DNA of 63,941 nucleotides, filler included, from Octopus bimaculoides (GCF_001194135.2; 6 parts of 6 records of this genome joined end to end with filler, not necessarily neighbours in it); one strand, 5' to 3'. Counted from the whole stretch's first letter, positions 48,571 through 62,279 are shown. Notes: generated by a model not told the origin, from the sequence alone. Made by a program: numbers and translations.

Positions 48571-49283
48571 NNNNNNNNNNNNNNNNNNNNNNNNNNNNNN
48601 NNNNNNNNNNNNNNNNNNNNNNNNNNNNNNNNNNNNNNNNNNNNNNNNNNNNNNNNNNNNNNNNNNNNNNNNNNNNNNNNNNNNNNNNNNNNNNNNNNNN
48701 NNNNNNNNNNNNNNNNNNNNNNNNNNNNNNNNNNNNNNNNNNNNNNNNNNNNNNNNNNNNNNNNNNNNNNNNNNNNNNNNNNNNNNNNNNNNNNNNNNNN
48801 NNNNNNNNNNNNNNNNNNNNNNNNNNNNNNNNNNNNNNNNNNNNNNNNNNNNNNNNNNNNNNNNNNNNNNNNNNNNNNTATGTATATATATATATATGTA
48901 TATATATACATATATATATTATTTATATTATTATTCGATTCAGCGCCACGCATTCATTTCCAAGTAAGTTTATACACACATACATACATATAAAGCAGTA
49001 TCTATACACATACATACATATAAAAGAAGTTCCAGCCGACCCGATATATTACCAAACTTGAATGTTGGCTGTGTTCACGCCTCTGGTGTATCTTCCGTTG
49101 GCTCTGGACTTTACGTCGTTGTTATTCCCGCTTTTATTGTTGAACCTGTCATTGATCCTGTTATTACGGCACGTAAGTCTGGCGATATCGCTGTTGTAGT
49201 TGTTGCAGTAGTCATCCCGGGCCGTAGTACTCATGCCAATAGCATTGTAGTTGCCATCGCTGTTAACTCTGGGTGTGGGACTG

Positions 49284-49960
49284 TTAGCTTCGCTGATGTG
49301 TTGTTGGTGCTGGCATGGTCGTCATCCCTGGCCGTAGCGCTGGTGTTGGTGCTGCGTTAGTGCTCTCATTGTACTCCTTGCATGAGTAATCGGCTACTGC
49401 TCGCATCTTATGGGTGTTTGCCAATATTCTTTCCATGTTGGGTGCACAACTAAAGGAGGCCCTTAGGTTGTGCCTATTGAACAAACAGCCTACCTGTATG
49501 CCTGCGTGAAATGCTTGTCTAAAGAATATTCTTCCCACACAAGTCTTAACGTTGAATGAGGAGGGTGGGGCAAACCAAATGACATTTTGGCGGCGCTTCA
49601 TTTTGCGGGTGATAGGGCCCGGCATATGGGAAATGTGGACTTTAAACCTACTGGATGCCAGGTCCTCGTAATAGAGAGCCGCGGCGTCGAAAGTTTCTTG
49701 ATTCGAGGACAGATTCGAGATCCTCTTGCTGATACCTTTCACTAGGTTCTTGAACACGACATGCTGGCAGCAGGAGGCTGTGTTGATGTAGGACAACCTC
49801 TTGTTTGGTTTGTGGTAGAGCCTGTATGACCAGAGCCCAAGTCTAGCGTGATGTCTAGAAAGTTTACGATGGTGAGGTCGTTCTCAATTGTTATTTTGAG
49901 ACTCATGGAGCCTAGGATCCTTTCTAAGTCTATTACCAGAGATGGCCACAGCATTATCTC
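49284..49960 (-). mobile_element. Penelope-like element, RT C-terminal/thumb region
   Basis: LKITIENDLTIVNFLDITLDL, SKRISNLSSNQETFDAAALYYE, NVIWFAPPSSFNVKTCVGRIF, SFSCAPNM. Confidence 0.82.
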
Positions 49961-50039
49961 TGTAGAGATCGAAGAGGACTGAAGGGAGTTTCTTCCTTAA
50001 GGTGTCCTTCTGGAAGGGACGCGTCCCGATGGTCAGGCA

Positions 50040-51120
50040 GTCTATCTGTTGTCAATACTCGCTGCGTTGTGACCTAGGCATGCCGTGGTTGATGATGCGC
50101 AGAGGCTACGGCATCGCCAGTGCTTCCTTGATGGTGAATAGGTGTGGTCGCCGTTCGCCAGACGCGTATTTCCCCAGATAGTTTCTTTAACGGAGCTGCA
50201 GTCCCGGGTAAAACAGAGACCGAAAAAGAACATGTGGAAAGTGGAATGTCTTCAAGCGCTCACAGCCCTCAGCCTGGAAGTTCACTTTAGCTTTTTATAG
50301 AGAATTAGCAGAGGGAAAGTAGGACGATGTTCTTGAGGAAACCTGGGCATAAAAAAAGATCAGCTAGCCGCTCTTTTTCGGAGATCTTTCGGCCCAGGAC
50401 CGATGTATAATTTCCAAAAATCTCTTGCCTGGCCTAGGTACCTACTGGGGAACTTTACCTGTTCGAGATAAACTTTACAGGCACGGAAGTGTAGTCAGCC
50501 GAGCATGTCCGAGATGCGTGCAGGGTGACGAGACGGTCCTATTTGCACTCGTCGAGTGCCCGAGCATTACTGACCTGTGGGTTTATGTCGAACACCTGCT
50601 GTCGTATGTAGGACGGATCAGGCTGTCAACTGAGTCCATCCTGAAGATCACCTCGCAGCCTCCCTTTAACCGGAAAGGGAAGGTGTCTTTATATGCCTGG
50701 TGATCATGTCAAAAGAGGTTGTATGGTGGACGAGACTGAAGGGGCTAAAGACAAACACTTTTCTCTTTGGCCAATCTCTAATCAAATTCTGCAAGTTTCA
50801 CTTGAAATAGAAAATAGGGATAGAGAAAGAAGTGTTGTCTTGTAGCCAGTTTGCTGAAAGGTGGATGAAAGTTGTGTATGGTGCGTGTGAACGGGCTTGC
50901 CCTGAGCATACGCCTGTAGTTGGAGAAAAGGACAGAAAAGCTAGGTACCTATTATTTTTATGAGGTTTTTCTATGAGCAGCTCTAGAACGTCTTCTCCCT
51001 ATTGAGGAATACACATTGTTGAATCTGTTTTTTCCCCTTTGTTTACGCGCAAAACCCTCACAACACACACACATTCATTTTGTCCTGTCTTTAATGTTTT
51101 TTGTGGTTAATAAAAAAAAA
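50040..51120 (+). mobile_element. Tx1/L1-like LINE 3' portion, contiguous from ORF2 C-terminus to poly(A)
   Basis: LPVRDKLYRHGSVVSRACPRCVQGDETVLFALVECPSI; ends TGTGGTTAATAAAAAAAAAA. Confidence 0.85.
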
Positions 51121-51121
51121 A

Positions 51122-51123
51122 GA

Positions 51124-51165
<42 letters not shown>

Positions 51166-51446
51166 TAGTTTTATTTTTATAACGTGCTTTCACATCACTA
51201 CCGAGCGCAGCTCTGTGCGCTTTGGGTATGTGCTGTGGTTTGCTGTGGTGCTCTTATGGTTACTGTATTGAAAGTGTTTTGCGTAGGATGTGTGCAGTGC
51301 CTAGTAGTGCAATTTTCTGTATGCTATATATATTTGTAAGTCCTGGTGTTTTTGTTATGTATTTGTCTGAATATTTTTTTATTATACCTAAGGCACCTAC
51401 TATGATAGGAATTGTTTCTGTTTTTAGATTCCACATTCGAGTTACC
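51122..51446 (-). mobile_element. R4/Dong-like 3' end with (TAA)n tail
   Basis: Reverse complement of the same 3' end seen at 8620-8912 (IPIIVGALGII...QKIALLGTAHILRKTL), followed by TAA repeats. Confidence 0.85.
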
Positions 51447-52257
51447 NNNNNNNNNNNNNNNNNNNNNNNNNNNNNNNNNNNNNNNNNNNNNNNNNNNNNN
51501 NNNNNNNNNNNNNNNNNNNNNNNNNNNNNNNNNNNNNNNNNNNNNNNNNNNNNNNNNNNNNNNNNNNNNNNNNNNNNNNNNNNNNNNNNNNNNNNNNNNN
51601 NNNNNNNNNNNNNNNNNNNNNNNNNNNNNNNNNNNNNNNNNNNNNNNNNNNNNNNNNNNNNNNNNNNNNNNNNNNNNNNNNNNNNNNNNNNNNNNNNNNN
51701 NNNNNNNNNNNNNNNNNNNNNNNNNNNNNNNNNNNNNNNNNNNNNNNNNNNNNNNNNNNNNNNNNNNNNNNNNNNNNNNNNNNNNNNNNNNNNNNNNNNN
51801 NNNNNNNNNNNNNNNNNNNNNNNNNNNNNNNNNNNNNNNNNNNNNNNNNNNNNNNNNNNNNNNNNNNNNNNNNNNNNNNNNNNNNNNNNNNNNNNNNNNN
51901 NNNNNNNNNNNNNNNNNNNNNNNNNNNNNNNNNNNNNNNNNNNNNNNNNNNNNNNNNNNNNNNNNNNNNNNNNNNNNNNNNNNNNNNNNNNNNNNNNNNN
52001 NNNNNNNNNNNNNNNNNNNNNNNNNNNNNNNNNNNNNNNNNNNNNNNNNNNNNNNNNNNNNNNNNNNNNNNNNNNNNNNNNNNNNNNNNNNNNNNNNNNN
52101 NNNNNNNNNNNNNNNNNNNNNNNNNNNNNNNNNNNNNNNNNNNNNNNNNNNNNNNNNNNNNNNNNNNNNNNNNNNNNNNNNNNNNNNNNNNNNNNNNNNN
52201 NNNNNNNNNNNNNNNNNNNNNNNNNNNNNNNNNNNNNNNNNNNNNNNNNNNNNNNNN

Positions 52258-52320
<63 letters not shown>

Positions 52321-52379
52321 AATTAGAAATAAAATAACACTACGACGATGACTATTGATAAATGCGAAACAGAAACCAC

Positions 52380-54990
52380 CAAAATAACAAAAAAGGTAAT
52401 TAACGTAAAGTACACCGACAAAAACAATTCACCAATCCTGAAAGGATTCCGACGTGGCCAGCTTTTAAAAAGAAATGCTTACTGCTAGAAAAAGTAAAAG
52501 ATTTACCTCTCAAAAAGAACTGCCAGAATAAAAATACCGGGCATTTCGCCGGGTGTGGACGTCGGGATGGATGGTATCTTGCGTGGTAGAGGATCCAGAG
52601 TCACTTTTAGAGGTGAAACGGAGCAGCAGGGAAAACTGGCTCGAGACAACCATTGAAATCCTGCTTCATGTGAAGCTGGAAAACAGAAAAAATTCCGGAC
52701 CGTATACAGTTGCCTAACGGGGTCGACATGCGTGTTATAGTAGAAGGCAGAACGCCTAAGCACGATATTTGTGAGGCCACAAGTCACCTCAGAGCCTTCT
52801 GACCCCCAAAAGACAGGAGGCACGAGGCTACTCCCACCACCCAAACAAAACCCTCAACAACAGCAACAACTAAGACATTATGTCACACATGCAGCCTCAT
52901 TTTCAAATGAAGCACAAAGACAAAAGAGATAACCACCCAGGGTGTCTCCCAAGTCAGCACTCCGTCCCTTCCTTTCTCAAGCATACATTCACACAGCGAC
53001 GCTCAAACAAATAGAAACACACACCACAAGATTGATTCCACAGACACTGGTGCCTCCACATCCCGTAGCGAAGATGAGGAGGAACCACAAAAAGCCACCT
53101 CCCCAAAAACAACACAAAAGAAAAGTACCTCGTCTCACACTAACAATAGAAAGCTCCAGTGCAAAGGCAACAGAAATATCTAAAACAACACCAGCTCGAC
53201 ACATTAACACTATCGCAACCCTACCTCACCCGAAAAAGAAAGCGCGCGCACACACACACAAAAACACACACACCAGTCAACCACAGAAACTCAGTTTCTT
53301 GCTGGTGAGGAGAGCTAACAAAAATTTGATGGACGTCATAGCCGGAGATAAGAAAATTGAGAGAGGAGGTGCAATACACGACACCAGCACCCTTAGGGTT
53401 TCGGAAAGTTCGATGCTAGTACGGATGCCACTGAGACTTATACAGACATTAGGGAAGCTTTCCGCAACGACGTGAGAAATCCGAATGTCAAGGCTGCTAA
53501 GAAACTTTTGCAGGGTTTCTCAGAGGAACTACAAGATCCGGAGCCCAGGTCACTGGGCCGCCAACAGCATCGGGAGGAGAAACTCCAATCAGATCCAGCG
53601 GTCAGATCAGCCGGCCGCCAACATCCCCGCGAGGATAAGCTTGCTCCTTTTCTTTCTCACAACTCTTTCTGACCGGCATGGGATTGATTAGAGTGGCCTG
53701 GAGTCGCCCTGGAAGCAGGGGCGCCTGCTCAACGATCTCAGGTCACTATCTATGGATGTGACACTCGTCAGTGAAACTGGGATTTCCGATACACGCGATC
53801 TGGCCCCCATTTTCAACAAAATTTTGAGATCTACGCATCAATTAGTTGGCCTGGAATGAGGAGCGGGGTGGCAGTGCTGTTTAGGAAAGGTCTGGATCTC
53901 GAGGTACGGACGATCTTCCTAGACCCGGAAGCTATGTTGGTGATCCTAAATGTGATTAACAGCGAAGGTGGTGCTTTCAGACTAGTCACTGTGTACTCCC
54001 TAAATGGGGCGGAGCGGCCAGATTTCTTCAGGCGTTTGGAGGTTTTCTTAGGAACATTTCACTCTTTAGTTCTAGTGGGAGATTGGAACACCATTCTGGA
54101 TGCATGCCTGGATAAGATGGCGCTAGCCGATAGGAGAGGATGTACAAAAGCCTCACAAACCTGCTAAGTCGTTTCCATTTGGCTGACAGATACTGACTTG
54201 ATTTCTCGAATGCGCCGATGTGGACATGAGAAAACAGCATCGGATCTTCCAAATTGTATTTACATAAGATATTCTGTAGGCCAGTAGATAGAAGTCGCAT
54301 AAGATATCCACAGTTCAAAGTCGTCGGCTACACAGACCACAAATTTGTGATCTGCACAGTCGACCTAGAGAAGATCCATAGGCAGGACCTCAGGTACTGG
54401 AAGCTGAACGCGTCTATTCCAGCACGTCAAGCATTCAGAAACTAGGTTAGGAAGTTAGTCCAACAGAAGTTGGCGGGCGTAAGCGTCAACAAGCGGTGGT
54501 GGATAGCCCTGAAAAGGGCTATAAGAGTAGAAGCAGTAGGATTTAGTAAGGAAATAACCTTAGAGGAATCTAAGATAAAGAGTGAGCTGGTTAAGAAGCT
54601 AGAAGAGGCGCTTAGGAGAGGCATTGTGACTGACATGCTGGAGGCGAGATTGGCTCTTGATCAATTCTTCAATGCTAAGCTCGCAGGTTGCGTTGTCAGA
54701 GCTAGGGTGCGTGCTCTAAGGCATAAAGGGACGAAAGCCGTTCGATGGGATCGGGTGGCGGAGGTGCAACGTGGCAACAAACCCACAATTCGATCTTTGA
54801 CAGGCCGGGACGAGCGTATGCTACGCGAATCCATGCGGATGTGTACGGAGTTTCAGTGGTACTCCGTCGAACTGTTCGGAGAGCGCGGTGTGTGGGGGGA
54901 TGGAGGTTGATTTCACCTCCCATCTCGACGAAATACCACGCCTTTCGGTCAGGGATGCGGAGTTCTGCGAACTGCCGATAACAGCCGAAG
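52380..54990 (+). mobile_element. Tx1/L1-like LINE 5' half: ORF1 (zinc knuckle relic) + ORF2 AP-endonuclease
   Basis: ORF1 QLPNGVDMRVIVEGRTPKHDICEATSHLRAF; ORF2 SGVAVLFRKGL, FRLVTVYS, LVLVGDWNTILD, YTDHKFV, YWKLNAS; decayed. Confidence 0.85.
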
Positions 54991-55089
54991 ATAGGTTTTG
55001 AAACGAAAGAACTTAAGGATAAGCGTTTTCTTCAAACTTTCATTTCATATTACAAAAAATATTCAGATAGTGGATATTTCTAAAGAAAA

Positions 55090-55118
55090 CCAAGCTGATG
55101 ATCGGAAACGAGTACTGG
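55090..55118 (+). ncRNA. Minimal type-I hammerhead ribozyme-like motif
   Basis: CCAAG CTGATGA TCG GAAAC GA GTA CTGG: intact core, near-palindromic stem III (ACGAGT), GUA cleavage triplet, short bulged stem I. Confidence 0.45.
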
Positions 55119-55167
55119 AAATCGGAGACGTGTATTGAATCCTATAATTTATCGCTACTGGTGAATC

Positions 55168-55250
<83 letters not shown>

Positions 55251-55329
55251 GCGTACATCAATTTCGACGTATGAGGATTCGACAGCCTATACTTTGTCAG
55301 TCATAATGCTTATGTCGAAAGTGACACTT

Positions 55330-55990
55330 GAGCCCCGTCAATGATTTTCAAAGAGGCCTGCAAGATGCTGCAAGTATGAGGATTACGGGTTAATGCAGGC
55401 GGTATATTCGCAACCGTTTTTCTCCCGTTTAAAACAAAGTCTCTTATACGATTTTGGCACAACGATCTCCTTTTTGTTCGCTCCAAGGCTGTTGTGAGCT
55501 ATATTGACTGCTGAAAGGTTACTCATCAGCTTATCCTTATATCTGAACCACGGTCGACCAACATTTCTGTGTCCACTATCAAGCTGGCTGTACATGGGGA
55601 CTTTGGGTATTTTTCTTTCGTCCTTCATTCTGACGACATGGTCAGCCCAGCGTAACTGCGACTGCATAATGAAGCACTGCGATTCCACCAAACTTACACT
55701 TACTTGCTACATAGGTCGACGTTAGACACTTTGGTCTTTTAGTGAATAACTACAGACTATCTTGAAACAGCCTTTGTGGAAGACGTCAAGTTGGTTTCGA
55801 GCTGTAGTATGAATGGCAGCTTTATATACCTGTTCACACACAGATGTGGCAACAATATGTACAGATATGGCAACAATATGCAGATATGGCAACAATAGGT
55901 GCCTTTTGCATTAGGTATTCAGAGATCTTACACTCTATGCTGACACATGTCTTCATTCTATCAGGGAACTTTTCATTGATTGATTTGCCT
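55330..55990 (-). mobile_element. RTE-clade LINE, RT C-terminal fragment
   Basis: QSQLRWADHVVRMKDERKIPKVPMYSQLDSGHRNVGRPWFRYKDKL. Confidence 0.85.
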
Positions 55991-56619
55991 TTTTGGGCAT
56001 ATTAAGGAATGAGATGCAAGATGGTTGTGGTACAGACCGTTGGTTAGCCTTAAGCATAAGCTTGTATAGGTAACGCAAAGTAGATGATAATCGATCGATA
56101 AAGTTTAATATTCAATGTATCCAATTTACTCTGTCCCATATCGAAATAGACAGAAATTCCGATAAGATGACCATCACTATGCAACTCCAGTACATAGCAA
56201 CAAAAGTTTGTTAATTATGCGATAAGTCTGCAGATGACGGGAATGGAGTAGGTAGTTACGTACTACGCATATTTCGAAAGACTCACCGAACGAATATTAC
56301 ATACATTTAAAGTGCTACATAGATGTTCAGTGTTCCTTCTCTTCGAATATTTTTCTACAAGTCCATTGTCGTAATGAATTTGCCAAGAGAGACCGGAAAA
56401 ATAATTCTCACATTTCAGCGGTCGAAAGTGGGGATGGATGTAGGAATTGGTTACGCAAACAATAGCTTGCCTTCCCTAAAAACTCCTGTGAAGTAGAAAG
56501 CGATGTGGTTTTAAGACGGTCATATCTTTATCTGTATAAATGGAGTTTATAGTGTGGTTTTAGGAGAGTTCATAGATGATTAATATCATTATGATAATAA
56601 AATGGAAAAGACGCGATGT

Positions 56620-56830
56620 GAGTATTTTTTCTGTTTCAGTCATTCGACTGCAGCCATGCTGGAGCACCATCTTTAATCGAGCAAATCGACCCCAGGACTT
56701 ATTCTTTGTAAGCCTAGTACTTATTCTATCGGTCTCTCTTGCCGAACAGCTATATGACAGGGACGTAAACACACCAGCGTCGGTTGTCAAGCGATGTTGG
56801 GGGGACAAACACAGACACACAAACATATAC
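56620..56830 (-). mobile_element. SINE-A tail
   Basis: TTTCAGTCATTCGACTGCAGCCATGCTGGAGCACC...GGGGGACAAACACAGACAC. Confidence 0.85.
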
Positions 56831-56851
56831 ATACATACATTCATACATACA

Positions 56852-56888
<37 letters not shown>

Positions 56889-56916
56889 GTAAACAATATG
56901 TGACAATTATTCGGTA

Positions 56917-56986
56917 GCCATGATAAAACTCCGAGTTTCGGATGCCGGGGCGGAAACCCACGCCGCTATCTTTTCAGTTACCTGGC
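56917..56986 (-). ncRNA. Decayed hammerhead ribozyme-like structure
   Basis: Reverse complement: GCCAGGTAA CTGAAAA GATAGCGG...CCGGCATCC GAAAC TCG GAGT T TTATCATGGC; 9-bp bulged stem I, 4-bp stem III, imperfect stem II; core G8 mutated. Confidence 0.4.
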
Positions 56987-57849
56987 CATCGAAAAAATGC
57001 TATGAAAATGACTGTTAAACAAAGGGAAATTACTGTGTGATTGACCGTTATTAAGACAAAAGAGCTATTAGAATGACCGCTAAGTGAGGGGAGGGAGTAA
57101 AGGTAAGAGAGTAAAAATGCACCAGTCCATACATACATGTGCGCCCGCACACCCACGTATATGCGCCTATATGTATATACTCATCCACCCTCACTTGAAA
57201 CACACACATGCTCACCCACACATTCGCCAAAAAATATATACATACCCGCATACACGCTCACACACACACGCGCGCAACACGCTTGCACACATACACACAG
57301 GCGCAAAAAAAGTATTTTGTAGTAGGAGAGGTTGGGAAGGTGAAAAGAGGAGTAAAGCGTAGTATTGGAAAGAAACAGAGGACGCTAAGCTAAAAGAAGT
57401 TAGTATAGGGGTGGGTCAAGGCACATGTGAACGTGATAGGTGGAATGAAGGAGGACTGACAGGAGGAATGAACAGGTAGAAGACAGTGACAATTGAGAAA
57501 TTAGCAATTAGCAATGGAGAAACGAAAAGCTAAAAATGTAAAATGAAAAAAATGATGAGAAACTGAGGCATTGTGAAAGGGTGGGGTTTTGATAGATTAC
57601 ATGAACTGTGAGGAGACCCTAGGAAATCTTCGTTTAAAATTCCAGAAGGTTTTTTCAGAAAATTTCAAACTTTTTGACGTCGTTCCTTATCTTGTTCTCT
57701 ATTTGTTCCCCATAGTATGGAAGGTTGACATTATATCCATTTACTACCTCTTCGTTTCTCTCTTTGTCTATTTTCCTCTTTCCTTCTGTCGTTGTTGAAC
57801 GTCAAGTTATAACGGACCAACGGACAGCATCCGGCTATATTTTGAAACC

Positions 57850-58160
57850 CACTTGATATATGAGATAACCTATACTTGCGGGGAAACACATATATGATCG
57901 ACTAAACGACAGTGAAGGAAGACTTTTACAAAGCCACCACACCCAGCGCCGTATTCCAACACAACCATCGCTATGATGGGGATTTCCCCACCCGTATACT
58001 GGCAAAGGTATCGGATACGATCAACTTCTGAATAAAGGAGGTACATTTCATCAGAAAGAGGGTGCCCAGCCTCAATCTCCGGAATGAACTTGACGGCTGG
58101 AAATGTATTTACTGCCCCCAGAATGTGAATGTCTGATGAAGGATTACTCAAATCTGCGTG
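57850..58160 (+). mobile_element. Penelope-like element, decayed GIY-YIG C-terminus
   Basis: LIYEITYTCGETHI*STKRQ...SAVFQHN...RILAK...IKEVHFIRKRVPSLNLRNE, followed by CTGATGA. Confidence 0.7.
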
Positions 58161-58859
58161 ATTTTGATGCTTAAATACCTACATAACTTTTTAAGGCAAT
58201 TTTTATGCTGATTTCAGATGTTATTAGTTTTTTTTCCATCACGTGTAGTTTTTCTGTAATAAAGTTTTTTTTCCCTGTATTATGGCATCAGAGAATAAGA
58301 TGACAGTGATTATCTGATTTATTTTGCTCGACAAAATAGATTGCTATAAATCAATGCTGACCTTATATTAGTAAAAGTAAAATAGCAGCCAATGTAAAGT
58401 TTATCAAACAGTTGTTGGTAACTCTGACAGACAACGTGACCTTGGAAAACTGTGTACGCGATAGCTAACTGATGCTTTAATGTTGTTTTAATAGTTCCAG
58501 AGGTCAGTCGTATGTGATATTTACTTATAAACTCCATTTAAAATGAATACATATAGACGTAAGTGCGTAAACAATCCAGACATATTCTGTTACATTTATG
58601 GCAGATATGTTGTCATTAAGCAGAGACAAAATATAATAGATCTTGTATAAAATCTATACTTGGGCTCCACACAAAGTATGTCATATTTGTGTGGAAAGGC
58701 TGGTAAGAAAAAAGAAATGCCCTTTGAAATACCAATGGTGTGGCGACAGCTGAGTAACCACGCTGACACTACTCGTAAATGCATACATACATACATGCAT
58801 GCATGCATACATACATATGAAAATATCAATGTTGCCAGGCGCTTACCATATTGTACCAT

Positions 58860-59480
58860 CTGGAGAAAAACGTTAGCAGGAAAACAATCTGAGCGACGAT
58901 GGTCTAGGATTCCCTCTGTGCATCGACGAGAACAGTCTGAGTGGACTCTCCCAGATGAATTTCGAATCGAACTCTTTGACATGGAAGTGCTACAGGTGGA
59001 TGGGTGGGTGGGGCATTGCCTGTTCGAGAAAGCTCTTCAAGCATGAATGTGCCGACAGCCGAACCTGCTCGAGATGCATGCAGGGGGACAAAACCATCTT
59101 GTATACAATCATTCAGTGTCCGTGCATTAGTGATTTGTGGGTTTGTGTTGAGTAATTGCTGTCTCGTGTAAGACGAATCAAGCTGTTCGACCACCTTCCT
59201 TTAGCTGAGAGGGAAGGCAGATCTTTCTCTGCTTAGTGGCTGAGACAAAAGAGAATGTGTGGTGGCCAAGCTCTCATCAGAAGGTGCTGCTTTCTAGTGG
59301 GTTCCTCAAAAGATGAACGAGAGTGACAAGACAGGTGAAACTGAATGGATCTACCCTGAGTGTGCTTTTCTAAGTTGGAGGAAACAAACTGGAAGATGAC
59401 ACTTCATACGCCTTGGAGATGGCAGAATAATCCGGGTCTTTTGCGTGGACTTTATCCCAAATTACTCTAAGCGGACTGCT
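58860..59480 (+). mobile_element. Tx1/L1-like LINE 3' fragment (older, diverged)
   Basis: SLTWKCYRW...RKLFKH...RTCSRCMQGDKTILYTIIQCPCISDLW. Confidence 0.75.
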
Positions 59481-59584
59481 CCGCTATTGAGAATTTTATT
59501 TATTTATTTATGTATGTATGTATGTATTTCTCTTCTATTTATATATCCTTCATTATATGTTGCAGAGTTTTCCTTTGATGGGTG

Positions 59585-59995
59585 TAAACCCCGACCCATT
59601 TCCAGATATAACAATTATAGATAAGGAAAAGCGAAGTTGCTTACTTATCGACCCATCATGCCCGTTTGATTCCAGGATCGTAAAGAAAGAAGAAGAAAAA
59701 CAAAGGAAATATAAGTCTTGAAATTTTGAAATAAGAAGAATTTGGAGCATGCGAATAGTAAAGGTCGTACCTATAATTGGTGCGTTGGGAACAGTAACCT
59801 AAGATATAGACAAACGGCTGAAGGAGATTGGAAATGAAGGCCCAATAGAGCTCCAACAGAAAGCAAGGATTACCAGGAGGGTTATAAGCACTTGAAATAC
59901 TGCTGAAAACTTGTGGATACCTAAGGTTACAGACAGCAACCCGCTACCTACATAAATCCTACTAGGAATAAAACTGAACCTGAGCCAAACCAAAA
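59585..59995 (+). mobile_element. R4/Dong-like 3' end
   Basis: PDITIIDKEKRSCLLIDPSCPFD...EKQRKY...VVPII.GALG; followed by (TAA)n(CAA)n(TAA)n. Confidence 0.82.
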
Positions 59996-60017
59996 TAATA
60001 ATAATGATAATAATAAT

Positions 60018-60350
<333 letters not shown>

Positions 60351-60589
60351 NNNNNNNNNNNNNNNNNNNNNNNNNNNNNNNNNNNNNNNNNNNNTTAATT
60401 AATTAANNNNNNNNNNNNNNNNNNNNNNNNNNNNNNNNNNNNNNNNNNNNAACCTCCTCTACTACTAATACTAACCCCAATTATTCAAATAGCTCTGTAT
60501 CTTCTACTAACGATTCCCATATTTACACAAACTCTACCTCTATCAACACACATACACATAACAATAGTACATCCAATATTAGTAACAAT

Positions 60590-60925
60590 TGTAACTGTAG
60601 AAACCCTAACACCTGTGAGGTTAAAGGTAATTGTAAAATGAAAAATGTTGTATATAAAGCTACTATTACAACACATGATCTCTCTAGGTTTCATTATATA
60701 GGTTGCATGCAGACCCCTCTTAAATTACGTTTGAATAATCATAAATCATCTTTTAATGATCCTCGAAAAGAAAGTAGTACTAGTTTATCCAAAAAGGTAT
60801 GGCAACTTAAAAACAATAACATAAATTTCTCAATTTCTTGGAATATTGTTTCTATTGCCCCTTCCTGTAGGATTAGAAATAGAACTTGTCTTTTATGCCG
60901 AGAAGAGTTTTATGTGATTATGAAA
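60590..60925 (+). mobile_element. Penelope-like element, GIY-YIG domain
   Basis: CEVKGNCKMKNVVYKATI...YIGCMQTPLKLRLNNHKSSF...TSLSKKVWQLK...CLLCREE. Confidence 0.85.
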
Positions 60926-61242
60926 ATGAATGGTTCTATCCAAGAATTCCAATCAAACCAACAAAATTCCCAGTGCGACTTTGCTTTGCAATGCCTATTA
61001 ATAAAGCTCAAGATCAGTCTTTCAAATCTATTGGCTTTCTTTTCTCATGGTGAACTTTGTTGGTTGCTCCAAGGTAGTTAGTTTGCAAGACTTATTTGTC
61101 TATGCTCCAAACCAGAAAACGAAGAATGTTGTTTACCCAGAAGCTCTTACATAATTTCCTGCAACATACGTGATAGAATTTATCTACTTTCATAAGAGTG
61201 GTAAATTTTGTATTTTCATTTATTATTATTATTATTATTATT

Positions 61243-61305
<63 letters not shown>

Positions 61306-62279
61306 GCTGTTGTTGTTATTTTGTATTATGAATTCAGAATTGATTTCCCAATTAAAAAATAAATTGAATTTAGAATAACAAATTTCTATACGACATATTT
61401 TGCTTTTTTCTTCCAANNNNNNNNNNNNNNNNNNNNNNNNNNNNNNNNNNNNNNNNNNNNNNNNNNNNNNNNNNNNNNNNNNNNNNNNNNNNNNNNNNNN
61501 NNNNNNNNNNNNNNNNNNNNNNNNNNNNNNNNNNNNNNNNNNNNNNNNNNNNNNNNNNNNNNNNNNNNNNNNNNNNNNNNNNNNNNNNNNNNNNNNNNNN
61601 NNNNNNNNNNNNNNNNNNNNNNNNNNNNNNNNNNNNNNNNNNNNNNNNNNNNNNNNNNNNNNNNNNNNNNNNNNNNNNNNNNNNNNNNNNNNNNNNNNNN
61701 NNNNNNNNNNNNNNNNNNNNNNNNNNNNNNNNNNNNNNNNNNNNNNNNNNNNNNNNNNNNNNNNNNNNNNNNNNNNNNNNNNNNNNNNNNNNNNNNNNNN
61801 NNNNNNNNNNNNNNNNNNNNNNNNNNNNNNNNNNNNNNNNNNNNNNNNNNNNNNNNNNNNNNNNNNNNNNNNNNNNNNNNNNNNNNNNNNNNNNNNNNNN
61901 NNNNNNNNNNNNNNNNNNNNNNNNNNNNNNNNNNNNNNNNNNNNNNNNNNNNNNNNNNNNNNNNNNNTATATATATATATATATATATATATGCAATAAT
62001 TTAGGAATGGGGTAGATAAGATCCGGGTTAGATATGTTTCATAACAAGCGGAACCTCGGAAGTGGTCAATATCCAAACGAGGTGTGTACCGGAGGCTACT
62101 CTTCAGGCCAAAAGTATCTTGATTAAATGAAAGTTTACATTGTCGCAAGGAGGTACATATTTACACACGGAAGAAACAATGAGACACATTCTGATTGAAT
62201 ATAATCTACTATTGTCCTTGAAAGTTTTTTTTATATTTATTTCTTCCCACTCCTCGATCTCTGGTTCTTATATATACAC

